Shown in pieces: positions 23,057 through 25,588 of a stretch of 25,588 nt of DNA (position 1 is the stretch's first letter; each line of letters opens with the position of its first letter). The notes under the pieces are model-generated. The model was not told the origin of the DNA and ran no database searches. It saw only the letters and a program-made list of their open reading frames with translations. A program made the position numbers and the translations under genes. Source of the DNA: a virus (Duplodnaviria > Heunggongvirae > Uroviricota > Caudoviricetes); IMG/VR virus record IMGVR_UViG_3300008114_000011; one strand, given 5' to 3'.

Positions 23057-23299
23057 ATGAGAGATTTCAAAGTAGGTGACGAAGTATCAATCAAATTATT
23101 TGGAGATAATTATGATTTATATAAAGTAACTGAGATATTAGATGAAAAGACATCAAAAGGTCTAACTAAAATTAGACTAATACCAACAGATCCGGATAAA
23201 GCATTTGACGTAAGTAAACATTATGTTGTGAACCAAAATCAGATAACACTTTCAAAAAACCAACTGAGAGAAGAAAAACTTAAACAACTTGGACTATGA
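23057..23299 (+). CDS. KOW/SH3-like small protein with tag (QLREEKLKQLGL)
   Basis: FKVGDEVSIK..YKVTEI. Confidence 0.8.
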   Translation: MRDFKVGDEVSIKLFGDNYDLYKVTEILDEKTSKGLTKIRLIPTDPDKAFDVSKHYVVNQNQITLSKNQLREEKLKQLGL

Positions 23300-23529
23300 A
23301 ATGCCAATCCAAAATAAATGTAAATTGGGTAGATACCCAAGTCCTTATAAAAGGTGAGTGGTATGAATGTGAACCAGCACCAATCATATATGATGTAATC
23401 ACATTCAAACCAGACGAACCATCTTATATAGTAAAATGTGAAGACGGAATGCTCAGAAAGTATAACGCTGATAATTTTTTAACAATATCAGAAGTAAGAG
23501 AAATTAAACTTAAAGAATTAGGAATATAA
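23296..23529 (+). CDS. Small SH3-like protein with tag (EVREIKLKELGI)
   Basis: LIKGEWYEC..YIVKCEDG..NFLTISEVRE. Confidence 0.8.
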   Translation: MKCQSKINVNWVDTQVLIKGEWYECEPAPIIYDVITFKPDEPSYIVKCEDGMLRKYNADNFLTISEVREIKLKELGI

Positions 23530-23571
23530 AAAATATATTTCTAACTTTATACTAAAATAAAATCTATAAAT

Positions 23572-23742
23572 ATGAAAAATAAATCTATATTAGGACCTGT
23601 ATTAATTATATTAATAATCCTAAAAATATTCGGAGTAATTAACTGGTCTTGGTCAATCGTACTAATACCACTTTGGATAGCAATCATCGTTGTCTTCGCT
23701 GGTAACATCATTAAAAGAAATAGAAATTCTAACAACAACTAA
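23572..23742 (+). CDS. Small two-TM phage membrane protein (56 aa)
   Basis: Manual translation MKNKSILGPVLIILIILKIFGVINWSWSIVLIPLWIA..; LK..G.I.WSW..VL.PLW is a recurrent phage TM motif. TAACTTTA at 23542-23549. Confidence 0.8.
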   Translation: MKNKSILGPVLIILIILKIFGVINWSWSIVLIPLWIAIIVVFAGNIIKRNRNSNNN

Positions 23743-23743
23743 A

Positions 23744-23875
23744 ATGAAAGAACTTATATCAATCTCTGTTTATAAAGATGTTATGATTGATGTCAATGAG
23801 ATAGAGGAATTAAAAGAGAAGTTAGCAAATTTGTTAGGTACCGAAACTGATAATATATCTATTGAATTAAAATAA
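23744..23875 (+). CDS. Hypothetical protein (43 aa)
   Basis: Start moved to ATG 23744, just after the TM gene. Confidence 0.6.
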   Translation: MKELISISVYKDVMIDVNEIEELKEKLANLLGTETDNISIELK

Positions 23876-24382
23876 ATGAGAATATACAGATTTATTTCTT
23901 CATTCTCTGAAGAAGAAACTACCATAGGTCTTGATAAATTTGAAAAAGAAACTAAAGACTTTTTAATTGATTTTGCTAATCGTTATGATTTCTTCGATCT
24001 TAGATACGACGGTAAAGTATGTCATTGGAGAGACGGTGATCTATATCTAAGTGTAGGTTTCTGTCCAGAAGAATACGCAATAGAATTTAAAAAATGGGAT
24101 GCTATCATTCACGAAGGTATGGATGGTTTCACCAAAGTAGAAGATATTACCGATGAAGTATTATACGGTAAACACGATATGGAAATATATGGATTCTTAA
24201 AAGAAAATATGATAATTACCTTCGATGATTATATTGAAAACTACATAACAAAAGATATAATCTTAGATAAAATAAACTTATACGGAATAGAGTCGTTGTC
24301 AGAAAATGATAAAAGAATTTTAAATGATGAGCCATATATAAGGTACGTTGATACACTAATAGATGAAGATAATGATTGTTGA
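23876..24382 (+). CDS. Acidic hypothetical protein with a DUF6576-like C-terminal motif
   Basis: ILDKINLYGIESLSENDKRIL resembles ILDKI...G..SL...EK..L. Confidence 0.75.
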   Translation: MRIYRFISSFSEEETTIGLDKFEKETKDFLIDFANRYDFFDLRYDGKVCHWRDGDLYLSVGFCPEEYAIEFKKWDAIIHEGMDGFTKVEDITDEVLYGKHDMEIYGFLKENMIITFDDYIENYITKDIILDKINLYGIESLSENDKRILNDEPYIRYVDTLIDEDNDC

Positions 24383-24394
24383 AATTATACTCTA

Positions 24395-24736
24395 ATGGAA
24401 CATATAGATTGGATTGATACAGATAATATAGTTCTTGCTAATATCACTACATCTAACGCTTATAAAAAGATGATTGGTGATATACAATCTAATAAAATTA
24501 AAACTATTAGATTACTTAAAAATGATGATGCTTATTATTTTAGATATGTAGTTGGTGATGAGATATGTTGGTTTCGATTATCTCATATACCAAATGGTGG
24601 TAAGCCAGATTTCCGTAAAGGTATTTTATATACACATATACATCAGATTTTTGACCAACAATGGAAAATAGACAAACTGAATAATCTATATAAAGAGTTT
24701 GATAGAGACGATAAATTAAATAAATTATTTGAATGA
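24395..24736 (+). CDS. Hypothetical protein with tag (FDRDDKLNKLFE)
   Basis: ORF track. Confidence 0.8.
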   Translation: MEHIDWIDTDNIVLANITTSNAYKKMIGDIQSNKIKTIRLLKNDDAYYFRYVVGDEICWFRLSHIPNGGKPDFRKGILYTHIHQIFDQQWKIDKLNNLYKEFDRDDKLNKLFE

Positions 24737-25158
24737 GTAAGATTTGGCAAGTAGAAATAATGTATAGTGATTTTGAAGGATCACAACTAATAACTATTGG
24801 TCTTTTCACCGATAAAGATAAAGCAAATGAGATTGCTGAAAAATGGAGAACATTCCACAGAACTTATTCAACTATATTAGATGAGCCTGACAATTGGGAT
24901 CCAAAAAGTGATCAATGGTTTGATCATTATGATGATGAATTCATCTGGAAAGAATCTTATCAATATCAAACCTTATTAAATAAGTATGATAAGATTAAAG
25001 ATTTTGATGAAGTGATTGTAACTGAAATGGAATTAAATAAAGACATATTCCTAAACCAATGTTTAATAGATGATGAAGCATTTAGATTAACAGACGACTT
25101 TAAAAGAATTGTAAAAGAGTTTGATAGAGATTATAAAATTAATTCACTTGGTATATAA
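24733..25158 (+). CDS. Hypothetical protein with tag (FDRDYKINSLGI)
   Basis: ORF track; ATGA overlap. Confidence 0.8.
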   Translation: MSKIWQVEIMYSDFEGSQLITIGLFTDKDKANEIAEKWRTFHRTYSTILDEPDNWDPKSDQWFDHYDDEFIWKESYQYQTLLNKYDKIKDFDEVIVTEMELNKDIFLNQCLIDDEAFRLTDDFKRIVKEFDRDYKINSLGI

Positions 25159-25168
25159 TATTTTTTAG

Positions 25169-25176
25169 TATATTTG
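25169..25176 (+). promoter_or_regulatory. -7 box TATATTTG
   Basis: Matches TAnnTTTG. Confidence 0.65.
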
Positions 25177-25196
25177 TAATAATAATATTATAAGAT

Positions 25197-25538
25197 ATGA
25201 GTGAGAAAGAAATTTGGAAAGTAATCGAAGGTCTTAAATGGAAATCAGATCATGATTATGAAAGAATTCAAAATGAATTATCTGGTTTAGATAACCAAAG
25301 AGAAATAGAAGAATTTGTAAATGAGAAAGCAAACATTCTATTCAAAAAATATGAATCAGCTTGGTTAGGACATGATGGCGGACCAGGTATCAGTGTTGGT
25401 GATGATAGTTGGGGTGATTTAGTTTATGATGTAGTAGGTAGAGGTGAAGATTTTTATAATTCTATTACAGTTGATAAATTAAGAGAAATGGCTAACAACT
25501 ATGACTTCGAAGAAAGTTTCATCTATTCATTTAATTAA
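25197..25538 (+). CDS. Hypothetical protein, DUF4240-like
   Basis: IWKVIE..GDDSWGDLVYDVVGRGEDFYN..ESFIY resembles DUF4240 (FW.LI..DD.F.D....I..G...Y..E.F.Y). Tentative. Confidence 0.7.
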   Translation: MSEKEIWKVIEGLKWKSDHDYERIQNELSGLDNQREIEEFVNEKANILFKKYESAWLGHDGGPGISVGDDSWGDLVYDVVGRGEDFYNSITVDKLREMANNYDFEESFIYSFN

Positions 25539-25560
25539 ATAGATATACTTCATAATACTA

Positions 25561-25588
25561 ATGGAAGATAAAAAATGGTATTGGGAAT
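25561..25588 (+). CDS. 5' end of a CDS running off the window (MEDKKWYWE...)
   Basis: ATG after an A/T-rich spacer; open to the window end. Confidence 0.4.

Noticed and set aside
22813-23079. Plus-strand 88-aa ORF
   Set aside because: Antisense to the leader-bearing gene and spans both promoter motifs.
23547-23738. Minus-strand 63-aa ORF
   Set aside because: The plus-strand 23572-23742 frame has a recognisable WSW..PLW membrane motif and fits the operon.
24540-24809. Minus-strand 89-aa ORF
   Set aside because: Shadow of two tagged genes.
2946-25158. Tag repeats as a CRISPR array or DGR variable repeats
   Set aside because: No constant nucleotide repeat or regular spacing, no template repeat or reverse transcriptase, and variation is not limited to adenines.
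2946-25158. Tag as a type IX secretion C-terminal signal
   Set aside because: T9SS CTDs are beta-domains of about 70 aa or more on proteins with Sec signal peptides; the tag is a short helix on mostly signal-less proteins.
1-25588. Stop-codon reassignment as in some large phages
   Set aside because: The standard code gives dense, tightly coupled genes. TGA stops sit exactly at tag ends, and the one TAG stop I noticed (8883) ends the antitoxin domain at its expected length.

Overview
This is a very AT-rich, gene-dense stretch of about 70 mostly short ORFs. It has no capsid, tail, integrase or core cellular genes and looks like the accessory region of a large (jumbo-type) phage infecting a Bacteroidota host. 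Host evidence: repeated TAnnTTTG promoter boxes, no usable Shine-Dalgarno sites, and a Flavobacterium-like YdcH gene. Main signal: about 33 otherwise unrelated proteins end in the same ~11-aa tag, [LI]-R-[DE]-x-[KR]-[LI]-x-x-[LI]-G-[IL]-stop or a -LL-x variant; where a promoter is visible for these runs it is mostly the host-type box. A second, non-overlapping class of 6 proteins starts with a leader of the type MKxxKx[FWY]xx[FY]xE, which resembles the T4 capsid-targeting sequence, and lies behind a different motif, TAATATATA. That class includes a GNAT-like and a possible ADP-ribosyltransferase-like protein. Also present: two non-canonical tRNA-like elements, an orphan Xre/MbcA/ParS-type antitoxin domain, a miniature degenerate PolB palm, degenerate ACP-, bL12- and HisKA-like domains, and FeoA, PspC, methyltransferase and nucleoside-deoxyribosyltransferase-like genes. 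All family calls come from motif recognition by eye; no database searches were run.
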